The translations under genes were made by a program, and so were the position numbers. The notes under the pieces are model-generated. The model saw only the letters and a list, made by a program, of their open reading frames with translations. It was not told where the DNA came from and did not search any database. From Octopus sinensis (lineage: Eukaryota), in contig NC_043011.1 of the NCBI RefSeq assembly GCF_006345805.1, positions 54,758,464 through 54,822,463 on the forward strand: a stretch of 64,000 nucleotides of DNA. The letters run 5' to 3'. Numbering within the stretch: the stretch's first letter is position 1; every line of letters begins with the position of its first letter. Positions 37,379-51,676 of the stretch are shown in pieces.

Positions 37379-38239
37379 CGACAGGCTTCTTTCAGTTTCT
37401 GTCTACTAAATCCACTCATAAGGCTTCGGTTGGCCCGAGGCTATGGTAGAAGATACTTGCCCAAGGTGCCATGCAGTGGGACTGAACCTGGAACTACTTA
37501 CCACACTGCCGGCAAATAATCTTTACTCCAGAAACATATTTACCTGATTAGATACATGCCATCTTTAAGGGCAGCTAAGTTACGGGGACGTAAACACACC
37601 AGCATCGGTTGTCAAGCGATGTTGGGGGGACAAACACAGACACACAAACTTATACACACATACATATATATATATATACATATATACGACAGGCTTCTTT
37701 CAGTTTCCCTCTACCAAATCCACTCACAAGGCTTTGGTCGGCCCGAGGCTATAATAGAAGACACTTGCCCAAGGTGCCACACGGTGGGACTGAACCCAGA
37801 ACCATGTGGTTGGTAAGCAAGCTACTTACCCCAAGGCCACCCCTACGTCTATATCACAAAATAATTTTTGTCATATGCTCTAACAGTCATCTCAGTCCAA
37901 TATCTACTCTTGTACAAATATGGTACTTTAATGGAAGGTGTAGTATGTACTAAAATAAGGCTGTGTATTTTACTACTAGCTTAAACTAGTTTAGACTAGA
38001 CAAGGTTGGCGGTGGGGTGAGAGAAGGTATGAAAAGAATGACCGTATCAAATCAACAGTAGTAGGTCAGTCAGGCAACGCAGACAACTTAAGATATTTAA
38101 GGTGTATGTATGCCTCCTACTGTTACTCTGAACTCTGTACTGCTTAGTGCTTCCATTGATAAATGACAGAAAGAGTGGGAAAGAGAGGAGGAGGAGGATG
38201 TGAAAGAGGCGGGAAAGGAGTGTGACAATTTAAACTGGT

Positions 38240-38455
38240 TTGTTGTTTAGCCCCAGGTCAACCTCTGGAATGAGCAAGCCCCTAATGATCAAAGAAGTTA
38301 TAACCATGACCATCCCGTCTTTCTTTTTCTTTTGGATAAATATGTCTATGATTACATTATTTTTCCAAGAGTGTTCTGGCTTAAGCAGATTTTGTGCGAT
38401 TTTGCGGGAGATTTGGCTGCTATTTCTAGTAAGTCGGTCAAATCGTTGGTGACAG
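38240..38455 (-). repeat. Older dispersed SINE-like family F
   Basis: ctagaaatagcagccaaatct...gacgggatggtcatgg...gacctggggctaaacaacaa. Diverged matches at ~8430-8600, 34215-34290, 39475-39635, 43310-43380. Confidence 0.5.
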
Positions 38456-39117
38456 CTGAAGGGTTTTAAATCTCTTGAAATTACTTTTCGCGACATTTAC
38501 AACACAAATTAGCCTCTCAATTCGCTGGAAAATGGACAGAAAACAACCCATAACTACTTCAACCTCGGAATTCTTTTCCTGTCATTGTGCTTCCACCACC
38601 ACCACAATCACCAACCTCTACCCCGCCCAAGAAACGCAAAACAAAATAAAGCACCAACCCCATAGGCCTCTACATAAACCTCCGTACAGAATCTCTCCAG
38701 TATTTTATTTTCCTTCGTATCCCGCCGTTCAGAGTGCTAGAGCTAATTATATGTGCTCTGACATATGGAAAAAACATGCGCAGTTCTTTAAAAAAGCCAA
38801 CTCGTTATTTATTTACTCAAAACTCTTAAATCTAATGAAATGGCATGGCATTTCCTAAGGAAGATTAGTGTCAGTCAAACGAAATATAGAAATATGGCAA
38901 GAGATAACTGACTTTGAATATCACAGTGTTTTGATAGAGTTACAGCAAGCTACGGTAAGTGGAAACCTGTGATGGAATAAGCGGACAGCAAGAGAAATCT
39001 TCAGAGGCAGGACTCCCGTCAAGCAAATATTTCGGCCTGTTAGTTATTGATACTCTAAGGGAGTCGGTATCACCTGGGTGATGACTCCTAGGTACCCTAC
39101 TGCTCTTTTCGAAATAC

Positions 39118-39213
39118 TGTCTTTGGTGGGGATTGAGCCCGGGACCTACGAGTGATGTTATTTCCCCCAGAACTATAGTACATGTCGCTTTACCACGCGG
39201 ACTACCGAAAGAC
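39118..39213 (-). pseudogene. Degenerate intron-containing tRNA-Tyr-like sequence
   Basis: Minus strand GTCTTTcGG-TAGTCCGCGTGGTAAAGCG...aCTATAG-ttctgggggaaataac-ATC..TAGGTC-CCGGGCTCAATCCCC-aCCAAAGAC. Acceptor-like pairing, A/B-box remnants, and layout like CTGTAG-intron-ATCCTTAGGTC. Stems imperfect. Confidence 0.45.
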
Positions 39214-39861
39214 CTAGCGTTGAGGATCTATTTCAAACGGATTTCCCGCCTTCTACTCTCTGTTTAGTGGTTCACAGTGTTCCTTTTCAGCTCCAGCTAT
39301 CAAGTCTTCTTGTCTTCTCAGCTGTATCTGACAGGTGTTACATTGTCGATGGTCATTTGTTGTGCACCCGAGTGTAAAAAATTGACATTTCAGCTGCTGC
39401 ACAAGGTAGATAACTCTGTTTCCTTGGTTTCTCTTGAGCCGATAAAGCAGGTGTTAGCGAAGGGGCTTGTATGTTGCTAGAAATAGTAGTAATACCACCT
39501 TTAGAATAGATCCTACATCCTTAAAATTGGAAGATGCAGTGTAAGGTACTTCAAAAAAGGATCGGGTAATCATAACTCATACGTCTTTGCTCATAGATCC
39601 GTGCAACAAGGATTGAATTGGGGTTAAGCAGCAACAGTAACCCCTACACTAGCGGGGGTCACATGTCAGATGTCGAATGATCTAAGAGCAACATGAAATG
39701 AAGTATTTTGCACTCAAGAATACAGTGCAATGCCTGGTCGGGGAATCGAACCTACAATCTTGCAATTGTGAATGCAACACCTTAACCACTAAGCCATGCA
39801 CCTTCACACACACGCGCGCGCGTGCACACACACACACACCACACACATATATATATATATA

Positions 39862-40090
39862 GGCGAGCTGGCAGAAACGTTAGCACGCCGGACGAAATAC
39901 TTAGCAGTATTTCGTCTGCCGCTACGTTCGGAGTTCAAATTCTGCTGAGGTCGACTTTGCCTTTCATCCTTTCGGGGTCGATTAAATAAGTACCAGTTAC
40001 GCACTGGGGATCGATATAATCGACTTAATCCGTTTGTCTGTCCTTGTTTGTCCCCTCTGTGTGTAGCCCCTTGTGGGTAATAAAGAAATA
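39862..40090 (+). mobile_element. SINE family C (Meta/Sauria-like central domain); representative copy
   Basis: ggcgagctggcagaaacgttag...gagttcaaattc head, then gtcgactttgcctttcatcctttcggggtcgat..aagtaccag. Copies at ~5963-6125, 6960-7300(-), 8655-8790(-), 11575-11800(-), 26690-26900, 31990-32200(-), 33180-33350(-) and 52311-52930. Confidence 0.8.
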
Positions 40091-40099
40091 TATATATAT

Positions 40100-40270
40100 A
40101 GGTTGAATTTACAAAAAAGCAAAAGACGAAGACAGGTGGTGTAGACAACAAACAGATGTATTAGTATAACACTCAGGAAGTGAAAAAGCCTTTAACGTTT
40201 CGAGCCTACGCTCTTCCACAGAAAGAGACAAGGAGAGAAAATAAAGAATGTGTAATGGCTAGCGATCTAT
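40100..40270 (-). mobile_element. Short Penelope-like pseudo-LTR family with a variant minimal hammerhead (40190-40225)
   Basis: Minus strand CTTT-CTGTGGA-a-GAGC gtag GCTC-GAAACGT-T-AAAG (A6>U core variant). Related copies at ~18730-18910, ~19500-19678, ~20875-21010 (all -), ~51215-51420 and ~58888-59005 (+), nearly all next to (TA)n. Confidence 0.6.
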
Positions 40271-42411
40271 CATTACATACACACTAATTATGTATGTAAT
40301 GAGAGAGAGAGAGAGAGAGAGAGAGGAAGATAAACAATGAACGAGATGATAGATAAAGCACATACACATATTTAAATCCACAAGAATTTTAGAGAACAAA
40401 AAAATATTTTCAAGTAAAAGCTCTTGTTGAATGACATGCAAATAACTCATATTAATTTCAGAATTTCAGCTAATAAAAATTATTTTATCAGCTGATAATT
40501 TGAACTCTGGTAACACTGCTACTCTGAAGTGGTAACCTCATTCTGCACAACTCATGCATTCTCTAACTTTTATGTTGCAATTCTGAACTCTGATCACATT
40601 ATGGTCCTCAAACAGATTCTTATGTATGCACAGCCATTCACTTTACAAGTATATACAAGGCTTTGTGGTGCTGGTCGTGTGTTTTTAAAGCAATCCTCTA
40701 TTGTGCATTTGCAGTCTTATTCATTTCTAAGTACTTGTAGAACTGGTGTCTCTTCTTTACAAAACTTAATTCAATGTGACATAGAACTTAGAGTGGTTGT
40801 TTGCTTGTTTGTCTCTCTATCTCTCAAACTGCTTGTCTGTCTGTCCGTCTGTCTGTCTGTCCATCTGTCTGTCTGTCTGTCAACTTATTTATTTGTCTTG
40901 TCCATATTTAATATATATATATATATATATAAGGCAGCGAGCTGGAAGAATTATTAGCATGCAGGGCCGGTTTAAGACCCATAGAGGCCCTAAGCGCTTA
41001 AAAAGATTTTGGTGTCCCCATATATAATTCAAAAATATAACCATGAAATAAAGTTTTAGTTTCCAAAATGAAACAAAACTAACAGTAAAATGGAAAATAA
41101 TATTTATTTTTATATACTTCCACTTTATTTATACCCCTGATGGAGTAGCCAATGACTAACGTAATCATCGTCACATCAACATCGTTTAACGTCCATTTTC
41201 CATGCTAATATGGGTTGGATGGTTCGACCAGGGTCTGGGAAGCCAGGAGGCTGCACCAGGCTCCAGTCTGATCTGGCAGTGTTTCTACAGCTGGATGCCC
41301 TTCCTAATGCCAACCACTCTGTGAGTGTAGTGGGTGCTTTTTACATGCCACTGGTACAGGTGCCAAGGGAGGCTGGCATTGGCCACAATTGGTTGGTGCT
41401 TTTTACGTGTCACACACACATACACACATATGTGTGTGTGTGTGTGTGTGTGTGTGGAGGCACTATGGCCCAGTGGTTAGAGCACCAGATTCGCAGTCGT
41501 AGTATCGTGTTTATTGAGCGAAAACACCTAAAGCTCCACGAGGCTCCAGCAGGGGAGGGGTGGCAATTCCTGCTATACACTTTCGCCACAACTTTCTCTC
41601 ACTCTTTCTTCTGTTGGCCGGCTCGCTTAGCCAGCGGGGTGGCATCATATGAAGGCTAAAACAATGCGAAGCACATTGTGACTAGCGAAGTGTAGCAACA
41701 TCTGAAAGCCTGGTCGGTCATGGTGATCACGGTGATATATATATACATAAATCGAAATCGAATTGAACCAGCCTGGATCCCTGGTCTGGTGGTACGTAAA
41801 AAGCACTATCCGACTCGTGGCCGATGCCAGTGCCGCCTCGGTGGCACGTAAAATACACCAATCCGACCGTGGCCGTTGCCAGCCTCGCCTGGCACCTGTG
41901 CAGGTGGCACGTAAAAAGCACCCACTACACTCACGGAGTGGTTGGCGTTAGGAAGGGCATCCAGCTGTAGAAACATTGCCAGATAAGACTGGAGCCTGGT
42001 GCAGCCTTCTGGCTTCCCAGATCCCCGGTCGAACCGTCCAACCCATGCTAGCATGGAGAACGGACGTTAAACGATGATGATGATGATGATGAATCCCAAT
42101 AAGAGGACAAAGAAATACTTTAGCACATCTTTAATGATCAATTACTATCATTTCTGTACCAAATGATGCTTTCAATACCAGTTTACATAAAAGCTGCAAT
42201 TGAAAATTAATTTAATATTTCTGGTTTTTAACATTAGAGTGATGCTGTAATGTTTAAAACTGCAAAGATTATGTAAATTTTTAATTGAAACTTTCAGCAT
42301 GAACATGCTTATGCACACACACATATATTAATTAGCACATCCAATCTAGCTTAGATGTGTTGTTTATAACACCTTAAACTGCAGTAAATATCCCCTCCTT
42401 AGAGATTATCT

Positions 42412-42793
42412 GGATTTTTACCTTTTGACCAACAGATTTAGAAAATATTTTTTTGTAACTAAACACTTTCAAACTTTGTATACTGATAGAATGTGTCATA
42501 TAAAATATCTTTTACTCTTAGCGTTTTTGAGAAAAGTTTATATTTACAAAGTTATTTCTTTTTAAAGTTGTCGTATTTCGGTAATTTCAACCAATCAATG
42601 ACATGTGTATTCAGCTGGATAAAATTACTGCTGTTGTTTGTCAACAACGAAATAACTTCGTAAATATAAACTTTTCTCAAAAACGCTAAGAGTAAAAGAT
42701 GTTTTATATGACACATTCTACCAGTATATGAAGTTTGAAAGTGTTTAGTTACTAAAAATTATTTTCTAAATCTGCCGGTCAAAAGGTAAGGAC
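42412..42793. mobile_element. Palindromic MITE with ~150-bp TIRs
   Basis: ggatttttaccttttgacc...aaagttatttc (42412-42559) is mirrored at ~42650-42793. A related half-element lies at 61841-62157. Confidence 0.8.
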
Positions 42794-44833
42794 GACAGTA
42801 CTAAAAAGGGACAGATAATATCAGCAGATGATATTTCATTGGCCCCAATAGATGGATGGCACTGTTGTATCATGCGATTTCACCACATTTCAGTTTATTA
42901 GCAACAGACAGTGAAATGGGCTTTCACACGTTTTCTATCTTCCAGATTTATCCACTGGTTTACCAAGAGTCACAGAGGAACACACTGACCCAAATTGCTG
43001 TACAGTGGATAGAAATCACGTGACCAGAAAGTGAACTTCTTAAACTCAGCCATGTCTGTATCAGGTGATATGATCTGATTTCTATGTAAGTTTTTAGAAA
43101 TTTTTTACCTGAGAGCATTATGTTTGTTTATTGATCCAGAACATCGGCAATTTGGCATGTCTGCAATATAACACCAAAGTCATTAAAAAAGAGAACTTCA
43201 ATGAAAGAAATAATAAAAGGAGCAGTCATTACAATGTAACAATGTAAAAAAGAATTTCACAATAAATATTAGTCCACCAGTGATAGATTCGTCATGCCAC
43301 TGTGAGATCTTTTACCTGGTCACCCAACCTGCGAGAAATAGCACCAACCATATGATCTTTTAAAAGAAAAGCCAAAAGTGCTGGTGATTTTGAGCGAGAG
43401 TTTTGAACCAGAGTCACCCCACCCTCACTGCTAATACCATCGACATTATCATTCATTTAGCATCCACTTACTTTTTCATGCTTACATGTGATAGACAGAA
43501 CTTGTTAAAGCAGATTTTCTATGGTCAGTTGCCCCTTCTGTCCCCAACCACCACCTGTTTCCAGACAGGTAATATTTTTCCAATGGCAAGAAGACTGCAA
43601 ACAAACAGCAAGGCTTGTATGACAGTGATGCTATTTGCCAGCATGATGTCATGAGAAGACAAGGGTACCCCACAAACGCACTCACATCTACACATGCACG
43701 TTACCGCACACACACACACACACACACACACGTATCATCATCATCATCATTATTTAATGTCGCTTTTTCCATGCTGGCATGGATATTGAAATTGGCTCCT
43801 GTGCAGGTGGCACATAAAAAGCACCATTTGATTGTGGCCATTGCCAGTACCACCTAACTGGCCCTTGTGCTGGTGGCACATTAAAGCACCCACTACACTC
43901 TCAGAGTGGTTGGCATTAGGAAGGGCATCCAGCTGTAGAAACTCTGCCAGATCAGATTGGAGTCTGGTTCACCAGACCTCAGTCAAATCGTCCAACCCAT
44001 GCTAGCATGGACAGCAGACGTTAAATGATGATGATGATGATGATGATGATCACCATCATCATCATCATTGTTTAACGTCTGTTTTCCGTGCTTGCACGGG
44101 TTGGACGGTTCGACCGGGGTCTGGGAAGCCAGGAGGCTGCACAAGGCTCCAGTCTAATCTGGCAGTGTTTCTACAGCTGGATGCCCTTCCTAACGCCAAC
44201 CACTCCGTGAGTGTAGTGGGTGCTTTTTATGTGCCACCGGCACAGGTGCCAGGGGAGTCTGGCAGTGGCCACGATTGGTTGGTGCTTTTTACGTGCCACC
44301 GGCACAGAAGCCAGATGATGATGATAAAACTAAAAATAATAACAGTATGCAAATATTAGGTTAAAAAACTCTTTGGACAAACAAAGTTGAAGGCAGCTTG
44401 TAGGACACCAAGCCACATCTCCTGTAGACATGACAAACTTTCTACCACTAGACCAAAAGCAATCCTTGAACTTTTCTATCCATTTCTAAAACGTTTATTC
44501 TTACCGATGAGAACTGTAAGATGTTGATGTAAGAGCTGAGAAACTCTGAGAATATAAAAAAATACATATATGTGTGTATGGGTATACATATCTATATATA
44601 AATATCTATCTATCTATTAATCCATATGTGTGTGTGTGTGTGTGTATATATGTGCAGGAGTGGCAGTGTGGTAAGAAGCTTGCTTTGCAACCACATGGTT
44701 CTGGGTTCAGTCCCACTGCATGGTACCTTGGGCTAGTGTCTTCTACTATGGCTTCAGGCCAACCTAAGCCTTGTGAGTGGATTTGGTAGATGGAAACTGA
44801 AAGAAGCTTGTCAAATATATATATGTATATATA

Positions 44834-45932
44834 CAGGACACGATGAGCAAATTTTCACCATGTCATATTTTTAATATCATGCATGAGCATTGTTTGTTTT
44901 TGATTTTATTGACTACACAGTATAGTAGGGTCAGTTGGGCACCATCTGTGAGAAAACCAGCACCGTGACTCCATTCACTCTGCCAGAAATTTGGAAACGA
45001 CATACTGTACTGCTTGGCATTCAACCCGAAAGCTCCAGTACGAACATTTCAGAGTGTTTGGATGTCAATCTGAGGACAGTGCAGAGGATTCGGAAAGAGT
45101 TGGATTAGTCTAATGGTGATTATGAAGGTACAGCAGCTCAGAAAACTCACTCTGATATTCTGATAAGAAAAGAACTCCTGAATTTGTTGGTGAGATCTAG
45201 GCCATGATTGACAACGATCCCTTCAAGCCAATCAGTTCCATCGCCAGGGACATGGGAGAAGCTGAGTTTCTTATTAGACAGGTAGTGCATGGAGGCATTC
45301 GGTATTCCTCATACAAGATGAGAAAGGACCAATTTTTATCTCAAGACTGCTCTACGAAGCTTTTGTACAAACTCAAGCATCCCCTCCAACTGAGCATGTT
45401 TTGGTTTTACTCAGATGAGAAAAATTTCTGCTAGGATCAGATGGTGAACACACAAAACAACCATTGGTTTGCCATGTCCCCAAAACATATACCAAGAGTG
45501 ATAAAAATCAAAAATCCAGTCAACATCATGGTGTCTGGAGAGATCACTAGTTACGGTGACGTTATGGCTCCATTCATCTTCCCACACAGCCTCAGACTGA
45601 ACATGGAAGCCTACATCAAGTACCTGGAGGAGGTAGTGCTGCCCTGGGTCAAGGGGGTGGCTACTGGAAGACCCTATGTCTGGCAACAGAAGTCTGGACC
45701 ATGCCACACAAGCAGGTCATGGCTGTTACACAATTTCTGCAACCACACCACTCCTACCATCTGAGCCCCTAACTCCCCAGACTGCAACCCCTTGATTATT
45801 ATGAGGCACAATTGAGCAAGAGACCAACAAAACTCCTAATAACACCAAAGATGAACTGAAGGCAAGGATTATGGTAGCATTCACCAACTTAAAGAAGAAG
45901 ACTGTTCAGAAAAGATGCAGAAGATTCCAAAG
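44834..45932 (+). mobile_element. Decayed Tc1/mariner transposon, maT (DD37D)-like
   Basis: Fragments FWFYSDEKNF, YIKYLEEVVLPWV...YVWQQKSGPCHTS and PNSPDCNP(L)DYY (last via a -1 frameshift). The SPDxNPLDY signature suggests maT. 3' end truncated. Confidence 0.85.
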
Positions 45933-46480
45933 TGATTGTGTGGTACCTATTTGTTGATATATTTTGATTTTCTGATTTCGTGCAAATGGTTGCAGGCAGT
46001 TTTCTGGCTAACTTGAAGTTCTTTTGCCAGTTCGGGAGTGGTTTTATGTGGATCTTTCTCAATGACAGTCATTAATTAACCATCATTGATGACAGATGGG
46101 CATCCATTATGCTCGCTATCTTCAAGGTTCCGGTCTCCATGGCGAAATCATTTAAACCATTTTCAAGCTGACCACTCACTGGTCATTTCCTCACCAAACG
46201 TTTCATTGATATCGTGAACAGTTTCAGCTGCTTTGTGTCCTTTTTTGAAGTTGAATAGCAAAATTGCTTGAATATTGCTCTTTGACAGCTCCCTTTCAGA
46301 TGATTGTAAGAACGGTGAGAAAAATATCAATGTTAATTTATTGGTGCATTTGGGTAAGTCTGTGTCTGTATTATCAGACAATTGTGAAGAAATGTTCTAA
46401 AAGAATTTGAAACTCTGCAAAAATCCAGGACAAATTCCTATTGGTTCAAAACATTGCACACTTTTTACTGAATCTGATAT
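45933..46480 (-). mobile_element. Decayed mariner 5' fragment
   Basis: LSKSNIQAILLFNFKKGHKAAETVHDINETFGEE...KWFK*FRHGDRNLED (HTH region). TIR-like sequence at ~46455-46480. Confidence 0.85.
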
Positions 46481-46579
46481 ATGTACATATATATTTACAC
46501 ACACAAACACACATTTATTTACATATAAACCATTTATTATTTTCAGCTCTCCCACCAATGTTTATATTCTATACTAGTG

Positions 46580-46614
46580 CATATATATATATATACATAT
46601 GTATATAATATATA

Positions 46615-46709
<95 letters not shown>

Positions 46710-46900
46710 TATATCTATATGTATATATATATATATATTTTGTATGTAATGGATCTATAATATCTATATATTATATATATATATATATATAATATATATA
46801 TAGTATAACTAATTGTATCATATCTGTATATATATGTATATATATATATAATATATATATATGTGTATATATGTATATATATATATATATGTTTATATAT
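46580..46900. repeat. Long (TA)n microsatellite (others at ~17425-17580, 22205-22457, 29955-30095, 47455-47590, 47885-48120, 51064-51690)
   Basis: Directly visible. Confidence 0.95.
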
Positions 46901-47442
46901 TTGTTGTGCAACATATATGTATATATGTACACACACACATATGTATATAAATGTACACACACCCACACACATAGAAACTATGTTTGTGTGTGTATAAATA
47001 TATATAAATCTATCCACACAGAGAATATAAAAAAAAAATATTGTGTAACTGACTTCAAAATAAAGCAGGTCAATAGTTTGTTTTCAAGCAATGAATATCA
47101 GCACAAAATATTCACAGGATGTCCTTGACTATATTCAAATACAAACGCACGCGAACACATTCACACACGTTGTGTAACATATATATGTGTCTGTATATAT
47201 ATATATATATATACATACTCTCTCTCTTTATTCTTTTACTTGTTTCAGTCATTTGACTGCGGCCATGCTGGAGCACTGCCTTTAGTCGAGCGAATCGAGC
47301 CCAGGACTTGTTCTTTGGAAGCCTAGAACTTTATTCTATCGGTCTCTTTTGCTGAACCGCTAAGTTACAGGGATGTAAACACACCAGCATCGATTGTCAA
47401 GTTATGCTGGGGAGGGGAGACAAACACGGACAACAAACATGC

Positions 47443-47592
<150 letters not shown>

Positions 47593-47765
47593 CTATACGA
47601 CAGGCTTCTTTCAGTTTCCGTCTACCAAATCCAGTCACAATGCTTTGGTCGGCCCGAGGCTATAGTAGAAGACACTTGCCCAAGGTGCCACACAGTGGGA
47701 ATGAACCCAGAACCATGTGGTTGGTAAGCAAGCTACGTACCACACAATATATATATTACACACAG

Positions 47766-47807
<42 letters not shown>

Positions 47808-47916
47808 ATGGTTGAAAAGGAAAACACGAGTTGATATATATACGGAAAAAAAGTCAAGGTAGCATTTTCTACCTTTTCTTTTTTCTATATATATATGTTA
47901 TATATATATATGTTAT

Positions 47917-48105
<189 letters not shown>

Positions 48106-48644
48106 AATATATATATATATACCTGTGCAGGTGGCACGTAAAAAACACCCACTTCACTCGCGGAGTGGTTGGCGTTAGGAAGGGCATTCAGCCGTAGAAA
48201 CACTGCCAAATCTGACTGGGCCTGATGAAGCCTTCTGGCTTCACAGACCCCAGTTAAACCGTCCAACCCATGCTAGCATGGAAAAGCAGACTCTTCAGAG
48301 CTCCGGGCCCTCGGGCAGTGCCTGCTTGACAGACGGTTCAGTCTGCCCCTGATGATGATGGTGATGATGATGAATAGGAGTAGGTTTCTAACAGGCCCAT
48401 TACTGAATCAATTAATCCTATTCCCAGTGGAGTAGGGACCTGTTTCAGCTGATGCAATAAAGGGCACATGTAAAGCATGTTTTTTTTTTTTCATTTTGGT
48501 TTGTGTATATTCTATATCAGTATAAAATGGAACAGAATACATGTATACATACTTATATACATTCATACATACATGCATATGCTTGTATACAAGCATATGT
48601 ACATAGCTATGTAGAATTATATGCATTCGTACTTACAAACATAC

Positions 48645-48693
<49 letters not shown>

Positions 48694-50052
48694 TATATAT
48701 ATATATCCCACTGTGACCAACCAGGCTATCAGATGTTGCTACACATTGCTGGTCACAATGACATATACATACATGCAACACACACACACATATATATACA
48801 TACATACATATGTTTGTGTGTCTGTATTTGTCCCCTCACCATTGCTTGGCAACCGATGCTGGTGTGTTTACATCTCCGTAACTTAGCAGTTTGGCAAAAG
48901 AGAACTGAAAGAATAAGTACTAGGCTTACAAAGAATAAGTCCTAAGTCCTGGGGTCGATTTGTTCGACTAAAGATGCTGCTCCAGCATGGCCACTGTCAA
49001 ATGACTGAAACCAATAAAAAAGAATGCCTCGCTTAGGTGCGTGTGTTGCTCTGCTGTGTATCACAAATCATAAACATAAACATGGACACATACGCAAACT
49101 CATTAGATAATGTAGTCCTAGATACACTATGCATGGATAAAAGATACGATAGACATGACTGCAGTACTAGTAAATTAATTAATTAGATGGCTGACATAAT
49201 CACTATTATGCAAAATGACTAGAAATAGCTATAAACCTCACACACACACATATATATATACATATATATATATGTATATATTTATGTATATATGTGTGTG
49301 TGTATGTGTTTGTATGAGCGTGTATGCATATATGTATATATGTGTGTGTATGTGTGTATGCATGTATATTACAAGGGGATGCTGAAAAGTCCCTGACTTT
49401 GAGGGTATTGTAAAAGGCCTAGTCGTAGGCCCAACTGCTGCGATAAGAGTGTGAATTTGAGAAGGGAATATGTTGAATAAAATCATAATTAGGTGATCCT
49501 CCATCACCACCACCACCACCACTGCTGCTGCCGCTGCTGCTACTGCTGTCACCAGTATTAAGTTTAATGATTACACATCTTTGATGTGGTGGTAGCAACT
49601 GTGGATTACATAATCTGCAGTTTCCCATTCAGTAAGCACCGATCACTTTACACTAATGAAATTCGTGTGAGATGGTGTCATTGAATCTCCTATAAACAAC
49701 TGCTCATGTTTTGTGTTCTTTTTCTAAATATAAATCTGTCGAACACACAACCAGGACTTAAAAACAAGGGATAAAATTGCAATGCACTCATGCAAATTCA
49801 TGTCATGTTCTTAATAACGATTATTTGTCACCCAATTTGAGGTTTAAATTGCTCTGAAACGATATACTGTCTTGTTCTTTTAATAGTTTCAGTCATTGGA
49901 CCACAGTCAAGCTGGGGCACAGCTTTGAGGAATTTTAGTTGAATGGATCAGCCCCGGCACTGATTCATTAATTTCATGTTTTAAACCCTGCTTTTGCGAA
50001 ACAGCTAAGTTATAAGGATGTAAACACACCAACGCTGGTTGAAAGTGGTGGT

Positions 50053-50083
<31 letters not shown>

Positions 50084-50223
50084 CATGCCCCTTTCAGTTT
50101 CCATCTATCAAATCCCCTTACAAGGTTTTGTTTGGCCCAGCTATAGTTGAAGACACTTGTACAATGTGTCATGAATGGGACTGAACCTGGAACCATGTGG
50201 ATGCGAAGCAAGCTTCTTATACA

Positions 50224-50282
<59 letters not shown>

Positions 50283-50304
50283 TGATTTATCTATCTATAT
50301 ATAT

Positions 50305-50490
50305 AGTTTATCCAAACAAGAAAGCACAAAAAACACAACAATGCGAGGACGTGGAACAAATATAGTATTATTGGACGCTCAGGAAAGAAGGAAAGAAGGA
50401 GGGTTTAACGTTTCAAGCGGAGCTCTTCGTCGGAAACATAGGAGAAGGGAAGACAGAGGGAAAAAAATCGCCAACGGTACACACGAGGTC
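50305..50490 (-). mobile_element. Related pseudo-LTR fragment with a minimal hammerhead-like motif (50403-50437)
   Basis: Minus strand GTTT-CCGACGA-a-GAGC tcc GCTT-GAAACGT-T-AAAC followed by cctgagcgtccaataatac, similar to the family above. Confidence 0.55.
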
Positions 50491-51070
50491 AGGTGCAGGA
50501 ATGGCTGTGTGGTATCTTGCTTACCAACCACATCGTTCTGGGTTCAGTTCTACTGCGTGGCACTATAGCCTCGGGCAGGCCAAAGCCTTGTGAGTGGATT
50601 TGGTAGACAGAAACTGAAAGAAGCCAGTCAGTCAGTTTTAGCAACGACCACGTTCAAAGGTGTTTTTATGTGCCACCACCCATCTGCAGCCCCAACTACG
50701 ATCACGCTCGGATGTGTTTTTAATGTTGCGCTGGCACACGTGCCAATCAGACAGTACTGTCATCGGCGATGTCAGCAATTCTGATTTTGTTTTCACTTGC
50801 CTCAACAGGTTTTTGCAAGCAAAGTTTATTGTCCAATGAATGAGGGGTAATTTCTCTTTGTTTAACGGTCATTTTCATAGCATATTTTTCGATGGCCTGA
50901 AAACTGAAGAGATGCCAGTGTGGATTTCTACCCCGACATCTGAAACTCAGAGTTTTAATCATGGCTACTGAATAATTGTCACATATTATATTTACAGATA
51001 AATTCTTGTATTTACATAATGAGGTCGCCTTCATTCTTTTGTTGTCTTGCCATTTCTATCAATAATATAT

Positions 51071-51115
<45 letters not shown>

Positions 51116-51300
51116 TTATAATATATATATATATAATATATATATATATATTATATATAATATACATTCATATATATATATATATATATACATTCATATA
51201 TATATATATATATTCTATTCCTGAGTGCCATACTAATACAATTGTTTGTTTGTACTCCACCTGCCTTCGTCTTTTGTTTATTTTCGTAAACCTTCCCATT

Positions 51301-51331
<31 letters not shown>

Positions 51332-51421
51332 GGTTTGAAACATCAAAGACTTTTCCATTTTTGCCGAGCGTCAAACTAATACACAGTCTCTGTCTTTTGT
51401 CTTGCGTACATTTGAACCATT

Positions 51422-51495
<74 letters not shown>

Positions 51496-51499
51496 ATAT

Positions 51500-51563
<64 letters not shown>

Positions 51564-51627
51564 CATATATATATATACATACACACACACACAACCATAT
51601 ATACATTCATACATACATGCATGCATG

Positions 51628-51676
<49 letters not shown>

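Noticed and set aside
39230-39252. E2F (tttcccgcc) and CHR-like (ttcaaa) motifs
   Set aside because: Short motifs with no identifiable adjacent gene start.
38475-40957. ORFs 38475..38858 and 40529..40957 as genes
   Set aside because: No recognisable domains, non-ATG starts, partly low-complexity.
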